In this document: in pieces, positions 1 to 9,897 of the stretch
Layout of the letters: every line of letters starts with the position of its first letter
How positions within the stretch are numbered: position 1 is the stretch's first letter
From: Planctomycetota bacterium
Lineage (GTDB): Bacteria > Planctomycetota > UBA8108 > SXIK01
Direction: 5' to 3'
NCBI GenBank assembly: GCA_965223845.1
Contig: CBDCXR010000004.1
Span: 7,040,001-7,104,000, forward strand
DNA length: 64,000 nucleotides
Notes under the pieces: model-generated
What the model was told of the DNA's origin: nothing
What the model saw: only the letters and a program-made list of their open reading frames with translations
Database searches by the model: none
Position numbers and translations under genes: made by a program

Positions 1-1
1 G

Positions 2-406
2 AACGACGACGACATCGACGATTCGGACCTCGGCGACGAGCTCGAAGCGGAAGCCGAGCGCACGCTCTCGGGTGACGCGATTCAGGATCTCCACAGTCGC
101 TTCGGCGACGTCATGAACGACCGCATCGAGAATCCCGCGCGCGCGCTCACCGCATTTCAGGCGATCTCGGCGAAGATCGCCGAGTACGAGCGGAACGGGT
201 ACGTGATCCCGCCGGACATTCAGGATCGGCTCGGCAGTACGCGATCGGCTTTGGCCGATCTCGAGGGCGGGGACGGGGCGAGTCCACCGCCCGCTCCCGA
301 TCCCGCCGCCGGAGACGGCTCAGCGGAGCCGGAGACGCCACCCGAGCCCGCCGCGGAGCCGGAGAGCGACGACGATCTCGGCGAGATCGACCTCGACGAT
401 CTGTAG
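2..406 (+). CDS. 3' end of an acidic hypothetical protein (truncated by window start)
   Basis: Frame is open from position 2 (NDDDIDDSDLGDELEAE...) into track ORF 113..406; ends in acidic tail DDLGEIDLDDL. Confidence 0.6.
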   Translation, partial: NDDDIDDSDLGDELEAEAERTLSGDAIQDLHSRFGDVMNDRIENPARALTAFQAISAKIAEYERNGYVIPPDIQDRLGSTRSALADLEGGDGASPPPAPDPAAGDGSAEPETPPEPAAEPESDDDLGEIDLDDL

Positions 407-470
407 GCGCGCGAGCACCCAGAGCGGGCTGCGTTCGTCCGGTGACGCGCTCGAGGCAGAGCTCGGAGGC

Positions 471-1214
471 CTAGTGCGCCGCCCAATCGCGCAGATCGCC
501 CGGGCCGAGCTCGCGCCACGCTCCTTCGGCTAGGTCACCGAGCCGGAGGGATCCGATGCGGGTACGAGAGAGCTCGAGCACCGGGTGCCCGATGGCGTCG
601 AACATCCGCCGGAGCTGGCGCTTCCGACCTTCGTGAATCACGATTTCGACGCGCGTCGAGTGCGTCCCCGGCGTGACTCTTGCGACGCGCGCGCGGGACG
701 TCGGGCGTTCGTCCCCGATGTCGACTCCCCGCTCGAGCCGCGCGAGTGCGTCGGCAGACGGCGCTCCGCGTACGACCGCCGCGTACTCCTTCTCGGTTTC
801 GAAGCTCGGGTGGGTGATCCGATGACCGAGCTCGCCGTCGTTCGTGAGGACGAGGAGCCCGCTCGTGTCGAAGTCGAGGCGCCCGACCGGCACGACGCCC
901 TGCGTGCGAAGCTCGGACGGGAGGAGGTCGAGCACCGAAGGGCGACCCTGTGGATCTCGCGTCGTCGTCAGCACGCCGCACGGCTTGTGAAGCGCGATCG
1001 TCACGCGTGGGAGAGCGCGGATCGGGCGACCGTCGATGCAGACCTCGTCCCCTTCTTCGATGACGATCCCGAGGCGGTCGACGACTTCGCCGTTCAGCGT
1101 GACTCGTCCCGCCGCGATCCATCGCTCCGCCGTCCGCCGTGAGAGCTCGCTCGAATTCGCGATGAACTTGTGGAGTCGAATACCGCCGCGTTGTTTTTGC
1201 GGGCCTTCAGTCAA
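471..1214 (-). CDS. rluB: rRNA pseudouridine synthase, RsuA/RluB family, with S4 domain
   Basis: S4-like LHKFIA..SRRTAE; catalytic PVGRLDFDTSGLL; EGRKRQLRRM. Probable TTG start at 1214 after GAGGG (track start 1280). Confidence 0.85.
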   Translation of the reverse strand: MTEGPQKQRGGIRLHKFIANSSELSRRTAERWIAAGRVTLNGEVVDRLGIVIEEGDEVCIDGRPIRALPRVTIALHKPCGVLTTTRDPQGRPSVLDLLPSELRTQGVVPVGRLDFDTSGLLVLTNDGELGHRITHPSFETEKEYAAVVRGAPSADALARLERGVDIGDERPTSRARVARVTPGTHSTRVEIVIHEGRKRQLRRMFDAIGHPVLELSRTRIGSLRLGDLAEGAWRELGPGDLRDWAAH

Positions 1215-1375
1215 GAGTCCCTCGTTCTTCTTCGTCGCTCGTTGATCGCGCGATTCTCCCGAACGATCGCATGCGATCAAGTGCTCGGCGGCGCGGAGTG
1301 AGACCGGCGGCGAAGTCTCTCGTAGATCGGTCGCTCCGCCGAACTTAGCGCGGCTCGCGATGAATTCGCGGGCCG

Positions 1376-1390
1376 TGGCATTCCTTGTGC
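1376..1390 (+). promoter_or_regulatory. candidate sigma-54 (-24/-12) promoter
   Basis: TGGCATTCCTTGTGC fits GG-N10-GC with TGGCA and TGC; intergenic, upstream of the dockerin gene. Confidence 0.5.
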
Positions 1391-1548
1391 CTATGGCGAT
1401 CCCGCGCGTGTCGATGGCCGGCGCCTCGTCGGTGCCGGAGCTCGTTGGATCGCTCGGAAAAGCCGCGATGGCTGATCGGAACGCGAACGCGCGGCCTCGC
1501 TCCGGTCGAACCGAATTCGAATCGAAATCAGGATAGGAACTCGAAGGA

Positions 1549-2991
1549 ATGCATCAACTAGCGAATCTCCGAATCTCGCTCGCTCCGCCGACCCGCCCGC
1601 GGTTTGTGCGCACGAGCGGCAGCCGGCCTCGATGCGCTCGTCCGTGCGCGTCGTTCGCCACCCGTTTTCTTTCGGTCGGAATCATGCTCGTCGCCCTCGG
1701 TCCGCCTCTGGCGGGATCGGAGGTTCCTCGGGGGCGGTTGATCGTCGCGGATTCGAGCGACGATCGACTGCTCGCGCTCGAAGACGTCGACGCGTCCGGA
1801 TCCATCGATCCCGCCGTCGCCGGTGAGGTGATGCCGTTCTACGACGATGCGAGCGAAGGCCCAGACTTGTCGACGCCTTCCCACCTCGTGCACGACGAGG
1901 ACGGCCGAACCTTCCTCCTCGACGGTGGGACGCTCGACATGGTTCTCGTCCTCGACGACCGCAACGAGGACGGCGACGCGAACGATGCTGACGAATTCCG
2001 CGTCTACTACAGCTCCGAGGACGGTGACGTCGAGCTCAAGACGCCCAACACGCTCGCCTGGTCGACGGACGGCGCACTCCTCGTGGCGGATGACGGAAGC
2101 GCGGCTCGACGCGTCGTGCGCCTCGATGATCTGAACGGCGACGGCGACGCGCTCGACCTGGGTGAGGCGACGGTCGTCTACGATGCGAGCGCGGCTTCGA
2201 TCGTGATCGAGGACATCGAATCCCTCGCCGTGGATCGCGACGGCACGATCTACGCCGGTGATAGCACGCTCGGCGCGATCGTGTCGATGAGCGACCAGAA
2301 CGGCGACGGCGACTACTTGGATGCGGACGAAGTGACACTCTTCTTCGAGAGTTCGGAGGATTTCGCGCTCGCCGATATCGACGCGGTGGCGGCCGTGGAC
2401 GGAATCGTTTTTGCCGCCGATGAAGATAGCGGCACCATTCTCCGTCTCGTCGACCTCGACGGCGACTCTCGAGCCAGCGGATCGGATGAGGTCGGCGTGT
2501 TCCTCGATTCCTCGGCGATCGAGCGGGTGAGCGACGTCAACGACTTCCTCGCCCTCGACGAACGAACCCTCCTCGTTCTCGACGGAAAGAAGGACACGGT
2601 CTTCGTCGTCAGCGACGAAAACGGTGACTTCGACGCCCTCGACGAGGGGGAAACGCGCCAGTGGCTCGTCGATGCTGGCGACAGCCTCGCGACACCGAAC
2701 GCGCTGACTCTACTCCAGCCGACCGGGGTGCCCGGCGTTCAATTCGTTCGTGGAGATGTGTACGTCGATCAGAGGATCAACATTACGGATCCCGTGGCGC
2801 TTCTCGGATACCTCTTCGTCGATCAGGTGATCGAGTCCTGTCCGGACGCTCTCGATGCCGACGACGACGGCCGAACGAACATCACGGACGCGATCTATCT
2901 GCTCAACTATCTGTTCTCCGGTGGGAGTGCGCCGCCGCCACCGTTTCCCGCCGCCGGCGTCGATCCCACTGCGGACGAACTCGACTGCTGA
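1549..2991 (+). CDS. secreted acidic repeat (probable beta-propeller) protein with C-terminal dockerin-like domain
   Basis: Six ~60-aa repeats with DxNGDGD-like loops; C-terminal FVRGD..INITDPVALLGYLF..DADDDGRTNITDAIYLLNYLF..PPPPFP; hydrophobic N-terminal segment; start uncertain. Confidence 0.75.
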   Translation: MHQLANLRISLAPPTRPRFVRTSGSRPRCARPCASFATRFLSVGIMLVALGPPLAGSEVPRGRLIVADSSDDRLLALEDVDASGSIDPAVAGEVMPFYDDASEGPDLSTPSHLVHDEDGRTFLLDGGTLDMVLVLDDRNEDGDANDADEFRVYYSSEDGDVELKTPNTLAWSTDGALLVADDGSAARRVVRLDDLNGDGDALDLGEATVVYDASAASIVIEDIESLAVDRDGTIYAGDSTLGAIVSMSDQNGDGDYLDADEVTLFFESSEDFALADIDAVAAVDGIVFAADEDSGTILRLVDLDGDSRASGSDEVGVFLDSSAIERVSDVNDFLALDERTLLVLDGKKDTVFVVSDENGDFDALDEGETRQWLVDAGDSLATPNALTLLQPTGVPGVQFVRGDVYVDQRINITDPVALLGYLFVDQVIESCPDALDADDDGRTNITDAIYLLNYLFSGGSAPPPPFPAAGVDPTADELDC

Positions 2992-3260
2992 CGGCCCCGA
3001 GCGTCCGGGCGTTTCTCGGAGATCGTGCCGCCGGTCTGGTGCACGAGTCATCGAGAGGCGTTCGGACCACTTTGATCCACTCGTGAGATTGAACTTCGCC
3101 CGGGAGCCACTTCGAGCGCCCCCCTCGATCCAACGTCCCTCTCTCCCCTCTCGTCCCTCCCCATCCTCCCACCGCTTGGGTTCCCGGGCGCTCTCTCGTC
3201 GTTCCGTCCCGCTGCAGACCCTCGAATCAGGAATCGAGCGCTCCTCGCGCTAGCCGAATC

Positions 3261-3767
3261 ATGTCGAAATTCATCCGCAGTCCATCGACCCGCACGGCGG
3301 ACGGAGAATCGATTCGCGAGATCGCGCGCGCTCTCGCCTTGCTTCGCACGACGTGCGTTCGCGTTCACCGCTACCTCAACGCGGGCTTCGACTCCTCGAT
3401 TTACCAGAGCGCGCTCGCGCACCGGCTGCGGAAGGAGGGTCTCCGCGTCACGACGCAGCCGAGCGTTTGCGTTCGCGACGAGGACGGCACCGAGATCGGA
3501 TCGTTCTCGGCGGACCTTCTGATCGAAGACGCGATTCTCGCCGAAGTGACGGTGGCGCGTGAGCTCTCCGAGGCGGCCGTCGAGCGTATGATTCGGCGCG
3601 TGACGGCGTCGCGGTACCGCCACGGCGCACTCGTCGGCTTCGGTGGGGTCAAGCTCGAGTTCCGCCGAGTCTTCTCTCGTCGCACCCGCGGTCGGAATGG
3701 TGCGAACGCCGCGCGACCGCTGGCGGAGCGCCGCCGACCACCCCGCACGTCTGAATCGTCAGACTAA
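3261..3767 (+). CDS. GxxExxY-family (PD-(D/E)xK-like) protein, degenerate motifs
   Basis: VHRYLNAGFDSSIYQSALAHRL...ADLLIEDAILAEV...GALVGFG follows the GxxExxY family layout. Confidence 0.7.
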   Translation: MSKFIRSPSTRTADGESIREIARALALLRTTCVRVHRYLNAGFDSSIYQSALAHRLRKEGLRVTTQPSVCVRDEDGTEIGSFSADLLIEDAILAEVTVARELSEAAVERMIRRVTASRYRHGALVGFGGVKLEFRRVFSRRTRGRNGANAARPLAERRRPPRTSESSD

Positions 3768-3783
3768 GGACCCGGGAGGGCGA

Positions 3784-5205
3784 TCAGGCTTTTGCCCAGT
3801 GGTTCTTCCGCTGGCGCGACGAGGGAATGCCCTCTTGCTCGCGGTACTTCGTGACCGTTCGCCGGGCGATGTTGAGACCTTCCTTCTGAAGAACCTCCGC
3901 GATCGCGGCGTCCGAGAGAGGCTTCGTCTTCTCTTCGTTCTCGATGATCTGCGCGATGCGGCGGTAGATGATCCGGCGAGACTCGACTTCGCCGTTCGCG
4001 TTCCCAACCCCACCGGTGAAGAAATAGCGGAGCTCGAAGAGTCCCCACGGAGTCTGCATGTACTTGTTCTTGATCGCGCGGCTGACGGTCGAGATGTGAA
4101 CACCGACCGCGTCTGCGATCGTCTGCATCTTGAGCGCGCGAATACACTCCGGGCTCTTCAGAAAGAACTCCCGCTGGTAGTCGACCATCGCGACGGCGAT
4201 GTCGTAGAGCGTGTTCTGTCGCTGCTTGATCGCCTGGATGAGCCACTGCGCGGACTCGATCTTGCCTCTCACGAACTTTCCGAGCTCCCGGTCCCGGCGA
4301 GACTCTTGGAGAAGATCGCGACAGGACTCGCTGATCGAGAGCTGAGGGAGCGAGCCCGATTCGATCCGGACGTGAATCTTGCCGTCGGAAACCTCGACGA
4401 ACACGTCCGGCTTTACGTAGACCGTCGGTTCCGAATCGAACTGGCTTCCGGGGTGGGGATCCAGCTGACGAATGATCTCGAGAGCGTCGCGAATTTCGTC
4501 GATCGACGTCTTCAGATCCTTCGCGATCTTCGGGATCTTGTTGTCGCGGAGGTCCGCGAGGTGATTCACGATGAGCTGCGTCTCGAGAGGATACTCCTGC
4601 GCATCGCGTTCGAGCTGGAGGAGAAGGCACTCCTGCAGGTTCTCAGCTCCGATCCCAGGGGGGTCGAGGCTGCGAATCGTCGTGAGTGCGGACTGGAAGT
4701 CATCGAGCGAGCACTGATCCTGAATCGATTCGTAGAGCTCGACCGCGGACGACAACAAATAACCGCGGTGATCCAGGTTTTGAATCAGCTCCAGTCCGAC
4801 CTCTCGGACGCGTTCGGGCAGCGTGAGGAGTCGGAGCTGCTCGGTAAGGTGCTCGCGGAGGCCGGGCGGACGACCTTGCGTGTTCTGCAGCGCCTGCAGC
4901 TTGTCGTCTCCGCCGCTGATCGTCGAGCGGTTCGAGTAGAGACTTCCCGGACCTTCCCCCGTGAGACGAAAGCTGTCGATGCGTTCGAAGCCGGACTCGT
5001 CCTTCGGTTCCGGAGTCGACGGAACATCGAACTTCGACTCCTGAACGTTCGGGTCGTGGACCTCGAGCGCCGGGTTCTCCGCGAACTCCTTCTCGATGCG
5101 TTGCTGAAGGTCCTGCGCCGTGAGCAGCAGAATGTCCATGGAGAGGATCATCTGCGGCGCAAGGATCTGCTGCTGCTGGAGTTTTTGGGTGAGTTCGAGC
5201 TTCAT
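3784..5205 (-). CDS. rpoN: RNA polymerase sigma-54 factor
   Basis: Q-rich region I, ENPALE, HTH HISTVSRAI, RpoN box IARRTVTKYRE. Confidence 0.97.
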   Translation of the reverse strand: MKLELTQKLQQQQILAPQMILSMDILLLTAQDLQQRIEKEFAENPALEVHDPNVQESKFDVPSTPEPKDESGFERIDSFRLTGEGPGSLYSNRSTISGGDDKLQALQNTQGRPPGLREHLTEQLRLLTLPERVREVGLELIQNLDHRGYLLSSAVELYESIQDQCSLDDFQSALTTIRSLDPPGIGAENLQECLLLQLERDAQEYPLETQLIVNHLADLRDNKIPKIAKDLKTSIDEIRDALEIIRQLDPHPGSQFDSEPTVYVKPDVFVEVSDGKIHVRIESGSLPQLSISESCRDLLQESRRDRELGKFVRGKIESAQWLIQAIKQRQNTLYDIAVAMVDYQREFFLKSPECIRALKMQTIADAVGVHISTVSRAIKNKYMQTPWGLFELRYFFTGGVGNANGEVESRRIIYRRIAQIIENEEKTKPLSDAAIAEVLQKEGLNIARRTVTKYREQEGIPSSRQRKNHWAKA

Positions 5206-5276
5206 CGTCCCTCTCTAAGGTTGCCGAGAAGCCCACGTTCCGTCGTTGTCGAGCGGCGTGATCGCTGCTCGCTAGG

Positions 5277-5305
5277 AGTCTATGATGGGCCGGAAAACGC
5301 GTCAA
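5277..5305 (-). promoter_or_regulatory. sigma-70-type promoter for rpoN
   Basis: TTGACG-N17-TAGACT on the minus strand ~70 nt upstream of the rpoN start. Confidence 0.6.
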
Positions 5306-5425
5306 ACCGGCCGGGACTCGCCGTGGAGTCGATAGAAAGACGCGTCGACTTCGTCGGAGAGAGGAAGTCGAAGCAGATCGACGGCGATGCCTTCGGCGAT
5401 CGCACGGTGCGACGAAAGCGGACGG

Positions 5426-5785
5426 CTAGACCGCCTTCTTCGTGAAGAGATCGAACGCTTCCTCGCGCCCCTTCGCGACGGGAAAGATCTGGTAGACCCC
5501 GAGCAACTCGAAGATCTCCTTCACTTCGCGGGACGGTTCAACGAGAACGACGTTGCCGTCGTTCTCTTGACACGTGCCGACGACTCCGATGAAAACCCCA
5601 GCCCCCGCACTCGAGACATACTCGAGCTTTTTGATGTCGACGACGAATCGAAAAAATCCACTCTCGAAGTGTCGGTCGAAGAGCGATTCGAGAGTCTCGA
5701 AGTTGTGCGCATCGAGAATTCCGACAAGCTCGAAATAGATGATTCCGTCGCGATTGGTTTCGTTGAGAACCTTGAGATTGGGCAT
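5426..5785 (-). CDS. anti-sigma factor antagonist (STAS, RsbV/SpoIIAA-like)
   Basis: LVGILDAH..VVDIKKLEYVSSAGAG with the phosphorylatable Ser motif; 119 aa. Confidence 0.9.
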   Translation of the reverse strand: MPNLKVLNETNRDGIIYFELVGILDAHNFETLESLFDRHFESGFFRFVVDIKKLEYVSSAGAGVFIGVVGTCQENDGNVVLVEPSREVKEIFELLGVYQIFPVAKGREEAFDLFTKKAV

Positions 5786-5936
5786 GGTGATCTTCGGCGG
5801 GACTCGGGCGATACCGGATTCGCGAACGCGCGGCCGTCGCGGCGAGCGGCTCGCTCAAGAGCTCATTCGGCCGAGTCCGCGTCGCGTTCTCGCTCTCTCG
5901 AACGCGACATCCGACTCGCAGTTGGTCAACGGTGGT

Positions 5937-6398
5937 CTAGGGTGCTTCTCCGACGGTCTCGAAACTCAGGACGTCGGATGGTTCATGAGTGCGATCGCGG
6001 AACTTCACCATCCGAAGGAGATTTCTTCCGTCCGACGTTCGTTCGTACTTCAGTTCATCGACGACGCGATGGATCAGATGAAGGCCGTACCCGCGACGCG
6101 TGCGCTGAGCGGGAAGCGGCGTTTTCGGTGGGGCGCTTGGATCGAAGGGATCACCGTGATCACTGACCTCGAGGCGCATGCATTTCTCGTCGAGCTCCAG
6201 TCGAACTTCGATGCGGAGCGGGTGCAGTTTCGAATGCTCGATCGCGTTTGCCGCCGCCTCATCGACCGCGAGCACGGCGTGCTGCGTCGTCACGGACCCG
6301 ACCTCATGTCCTGCGAGAAAGCTCTCGAGACGGCTACGAAGGTCCGCGAGTTGTGATGTGTCGGCGGTGATCGAGTCAGTAAAGCTGGAATTCGGCAT
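5937..6398 (-). CDS. anti-sigma factor / serine kinase (RsbW-like GHKL)
   Basis: LAVDEAAANAIEH (N-box), SDHGDPFDP, RGYGLHLI..VVDE. Confidence 0.9.
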   Translation of the reverse strand: MPNSSFTDSITADTSQLADLRSRLESFLAGHEVGSVTTQHAVLAVDEAAANAIEHSKLHPLRIEVRLELDEKCMRLEVSDHGDPFDPSAPPKTPLPAQRTRRGYGLHLIHRVVDELKYERTSDGRNLLRMVKFRDRTHEPSDVLSFETVGEAP

Positions 6399-6595
6399 GT
6401 CTCCCTCAGAAGACTACCACGCTCGCCTTCGATTGGCCGAACGAGCGGGCAGGGAGCGGCGGGAGCGTACGCAAGTCAAGTGAAGAGCGCCGGATGGGGC
6501 GCGGCGGGACGACCGTCGCGGCAGGGGTTCGACTCGAGTCGGGCGCGCCCGCTCGAGTCGTGGTCGCCTGCGGCATTCTCGGAACGTCCCGGTGG

Positions 6596-8242
6596 TCAGC
6601 CCCGGCGCTGAACGACGACCATGGTCACGTCGTCCGACGGCTCCTCGGCCGCGCGGTGCACTTCCAGATCGGCGAGAGTTCGGTCGACGACGTCCTCGGG
6701 CGTGGCGCCGACCGTTTCCCGGAGCACGCCGAGAAATCGATCGTCGCCGTAGTCGCGTCCGTCGGTGTCTTTCGCCTCGACGACGCCGTCCGTATAGAGA
6801 ACGAGAGTGTCACCGGGGTCGAGCGAGAGTCGCTGCGTGCGAAGCTGGGCGCTGAAGAGCGCGCCGGTTCGGTCGACTCCGATTCCGATGCCGCCCGGCG
6901 AGAGCGCACGCAGCCTCTGGGTGGATCGTTCGAAGTAGTAGGGCGAGTTGTGGCCGCAGCGGACGAGCTCGATCGTGTGCCGGTCGCGATCGAGAACGGC
7001 GTAGGCGAGCGTGACGAACATGCCCGGGCGGAGATCCGGCGCCAGCGCGCGGTCGACGCGTTCGATCGTGCGCGCCGCCGACGGATCGCCGGTGGCGGCG
7101 AGGCGAAGCAAGCTCCGCGTCATCGTCATGACGAGCGCCGCCGGTACACCCTTCCCCGAGACATCGGCGACGACGATGCCGAGGCGTGCATCGTCGATCG
7201 GGATGAAGTCGTAATAGTCTCCGCCGACTTCTTTCGCCGACGCCGAATACCCCGCGATGTCGTAGCCGGCGACGGCGGGAACGGCATCCGGGAACAATCG
7301 GGTTTGGATCTCGGTCGCGAGGGAAAGCTCGCGCTCTCGCGCGCGCTGCTCGAACCGAAGCTGCTGCGCCTCCTTGAGTCCTCGCGTCATCACGTTGAAC
7401 GCGTGGGCGAGGTCACCCAGCTCGTCGGACGACGTCACCGGAGACTGGTGGTCGAGATCGCCTGCGCCGACGCGTCTCATGTCGCGAACGAGGGCGCGGA
7501 TCGGACGAGTGAGCCAGCGGGCGAGCAGGAGGACGGCAACCATCGCGAGAAGGCAGCCGCTGATCGACGCGACGATCATCGCGCGAGCGAGATCGCCGCG
7601 CGCACGGCTGATCTCGGCGGCGGAGACGTACACCTCGATCGTGCCGAGGCGGGGCGGCGGAGAACCGTCGTCCGCGACCCCGTCGTTCGCCGGTCCTGGT
7701 GAGCTCCGCGGTTCGAGGGTGCGCCGAAAGCTGCGGACCGCGATGCCCTCGTACTCGAACTCTTGGATCTCGACGCCGGCGTCGAGGGCCTCCCGCGTTT
7801 CGATCGATCGTCCGCGCGTCCGGATGAATCGCGATTCGCCTCTCGCGGTCGCGACGGCTTGGCCGGTTTCGTCGTAGGCGACGGCGTTCCGGACGCGTTC
7901 GAATCCGCGCCGACCGAGGAGGTCGCGGAGCTCGGTCTCGAGCCGTTCGGCTGGAAGCGAGCGTGGAATGAGCCGTCCGACCGCGGTGACGAGCTCGATG
8001 CCGCCCAAGTTGATCTGCTGTTCGAGAGTCGGCAGCGCCTTTCGGATGCTGACTTGCGTCTGCCAGCCCATGGCGAGAACGGTGAGAAGACCGATGAGGA
8101 GCGCGAACTTGAGTCCGATCGGAAAGCGGAGTCCGAATCCCCGTCCACCCGTTCGACCGGGTCGGCGACGCGTTCGCCGCTCGGAAGGCGCCGCGGAACT
8201 GCCGCCGGCGACGACTTGGCGGTTTCGGCTGCGTCGAGTCAC
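6596..8242 (-). CDS. membrane PP2C/SpoIIE-family phosphatase with HAMP domain (RsbU-like)
   Basis: Two TM segments, HAMP (DELGDLAHAFNVM), EVGGDYYD, ADVSGKG, YTDGVVEA, DDVT. Confidence 0.9.
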   Translation of the reverse strand: MTRRSRNRQVVAGGSSAAPSERRTRRRPGRTGGRGFGLRFPIGLKFALLIGLLTVLAMGWQTQVSIRKALPTLEQQINLGGIELVTAVGRLIPRSLPAERLETELRDLLGRRGFERVRNAVAYDETGQAVATARGESRFIRTRGRSIETREALDAGVEIQEFEYEGIAVRSFRRTLEPRSSPGPANDGVADDGSPPPRLGTIEVYVSAAEISRARGDLARAMIVASISGCLLAMVAVLLLARWLTRPIRALVRDMRRVGAGDLDHQSPVTSSDELGDLAHAFNVMTRGLKEAQQLRFEQRARERELSLATEIQTRLFPDAVPAVAGYDIAGYSASAKEVGGDYYDFIPIDDARLGIVVADVSGKGVPAALVMTMTRSLLRLAATGDPSAARTIERVDRALAPDLRPGMFVTLAYAVLDRDRHTIELVRCGHNSPYYFERSTQRLRALSPGGIGIGVDRTGALFSAQLRTQRLSLDPGDTLVLYTDGVVEAKDTDGRDYGDDRFLGVLRETVGATPEDVVDRTLADLEVHRAAEEPSDDVTMVVVQRRG

Positions 8243-8512
8243 GGCGCGTGGTCTCCGATCGCCGCCGGCGCCGATCCTCGCGCCTCGGCGAGTCTGTCGG
8301 TCGCGTGCATCGCGCAGGAACTCGTTCGTGGAGAAAGGTTCATCGACACTCGATCGTGGCGGGATGCGTTGGGAACGGTCTGCAGCGGCGGTCGACTCTC
8401 GGGGATTGCGCTGTCTCTTCGTACTCCGCCGCCTCGCTGACTTCGAGAGGAGATCGGCTGGCCCGGTCGCGCGAAATCCGTCCCTCCGCCTCGCAGCGGA
8501 GATGCTACCCGG

Positions 8513-9190
8513 TCACGACGCCGAGTCTTTGCCGCGAAGAAGTGTCCACGCTCGCTGAACGTAGCCGACGCTTGAGAGCACGGTGAAGACGAGTGTCAAC
8601 CAGAGGAAGCCGACGCAAACGAGCTCGCTGATCTCTGCCGTGCGCGTCGGCGCGGAATCATTCCCCGACTCTATGTTCGCGACGTGAAACAAAACGAGCG
8701 GAATCGTCGCACTTTGAAAGACCATTTTCAGCTTGCCGCTCATGGCGGCGCCGAACGGGACTCCGCGCGACTCGAGGAAACTGCGGAGCCCCGAGACGAG
8801 GAATTCGCGAAACATGATCACGACGGCGAACCAGGGGTCGATGAGGTGCGGCGCGACGCCGATGAGCATGACGAATCCACCGCAGATGACGATCTTGTCG
8901 GCGAAGGGATCCGCGATGCGCCCGAACGTCGAGACGAGCTTCCAGCGACGCGCGAGGAAGCCGTCGAGAAAATCCGTCACCACCGCCGTGACGAACAGGA
9001 CGAGTGAGACGTTCAGCCACAGCCGACGGTCGAGAGTCGAGTCGTTCGCCGAGAGGATCCCGAGCACGACGAAGAAGATCACCGAGAGAACGAGGCGCGC
9101 CATGGTGAGCTGGTTCGGAAGATTCCAAATCGCTCGGTCGGCCGGTTCGCTCCGGGAATCGACGGTCGATCGGGGTGGGGCGTCAGCCAT
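8513..9190 (-). CDS. pgsA: CDP-diacylglycerol--glycerol-3-phosphate 3-phosphatidyltransferase
   Basis: NLPNQLTMARL; TDFLDGFLARR..FGRIADPFADK CDP-alcohol phosphotransferase motif. Confidence 0.93.
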   Translation of the reverse strand: MADAPPRSTVDSRSEPADRAIWNLPNQLTMARLVLSVIFFVVLGILSANDSTLDRRLWLNVSLVLFVTAVVTDFLDGFLARRWKLVSTFGRIADPFADKIVICGGFVMLIGVAPHLIDPWFAVVIMFREFLVSGLRSFLESRGVPFGAAMSGKLKMVFQSATIPLVLFHVANIESGNDSAPTRTAEISELVCVGFLWLTLVFTVLSSVGYVQRAWTLLRGKDSAS

Positions 9191-9480
9191 GGTTCGGTTG
9201 GGAATCCCGGTGGCAGAGTCGAACGCTCGACGGGTGAAAGTAGGCTTGGGAGTCGCGGTAGAGCGGGTTCGAAATCGGAAAACGAGACGCGTCGAACGAC
9301 GCGAAACGCACTGCAGGCGATTCTGGAGGAATCGGCGAGGTATTGCGACAACGAGGAAGCCCGAGAGAACCGTTTTCCGGCCGAATCCGATGTCTCGCGC
9401 AGGTTCCTGGTTTCAGATTCGTCTGTTTCGCCAGAGGTTCCATCGATGGGGCGAGGACGCGAGCCGAAGGCGAGCTCGCC

Positions 9481-9846
9481 TTATTCGCGATCCTCCGGAG
9501 CTTTCGCGTTCGTCTTGAGCGCCCGATGAAGGTTGAGTGATTTCCAGTCGGCGTTGTCGACGACTACGTTGAGGTCGCTGACGATCCCGGTCGCGAGTCC
9601 GCCGACTATGCCGACGGCCGAATTCGCAACGACGACGATCGGAATCGCAACGATGGCGGTCGGGATCAGCGCGGCGGGGGGGATGTCGTTGTGGTCCTCT
9701 TCGTCATCGTCGCTCGAATTGACGGCTTTCTTGAGGTTCTGGTAGGGGTGAGTCACCGCGCAGACGAGCGGTTTTACGATGGTGCAGCCCGTGGTCGAGG
9801 TGACGAGGGCGCCCGCGAAGGCGAGCAGAAGCAATGTTCTCGACAT
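9481..9846 (-). CDS. small lipoprotein, hypothetical
   Basis: ATG at 9846 after AGGAGG; signal MSRTLLLLAFAGALVTSTTGC with lipobox; internal hydrophobic Gly-rich stretch. Confidence 0.65.
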   Translation of the reverse strand: MSRTLLLLAFAGALVTSTTGCTIVKPLVCAVTHPYQNLKKAVNSSDDDEEDHNDIPPAALIPTAIVAIPIVVVANSAVGIVGGLATGIVSDLNVVVDNADWKSLNLHRALKTNAKAPEDRE

Positions 9847-9897
9847 GGATTCCCTCCTGGAGCGGTTCCGCTCGATTCGTATCGAGTTCACACCGAA

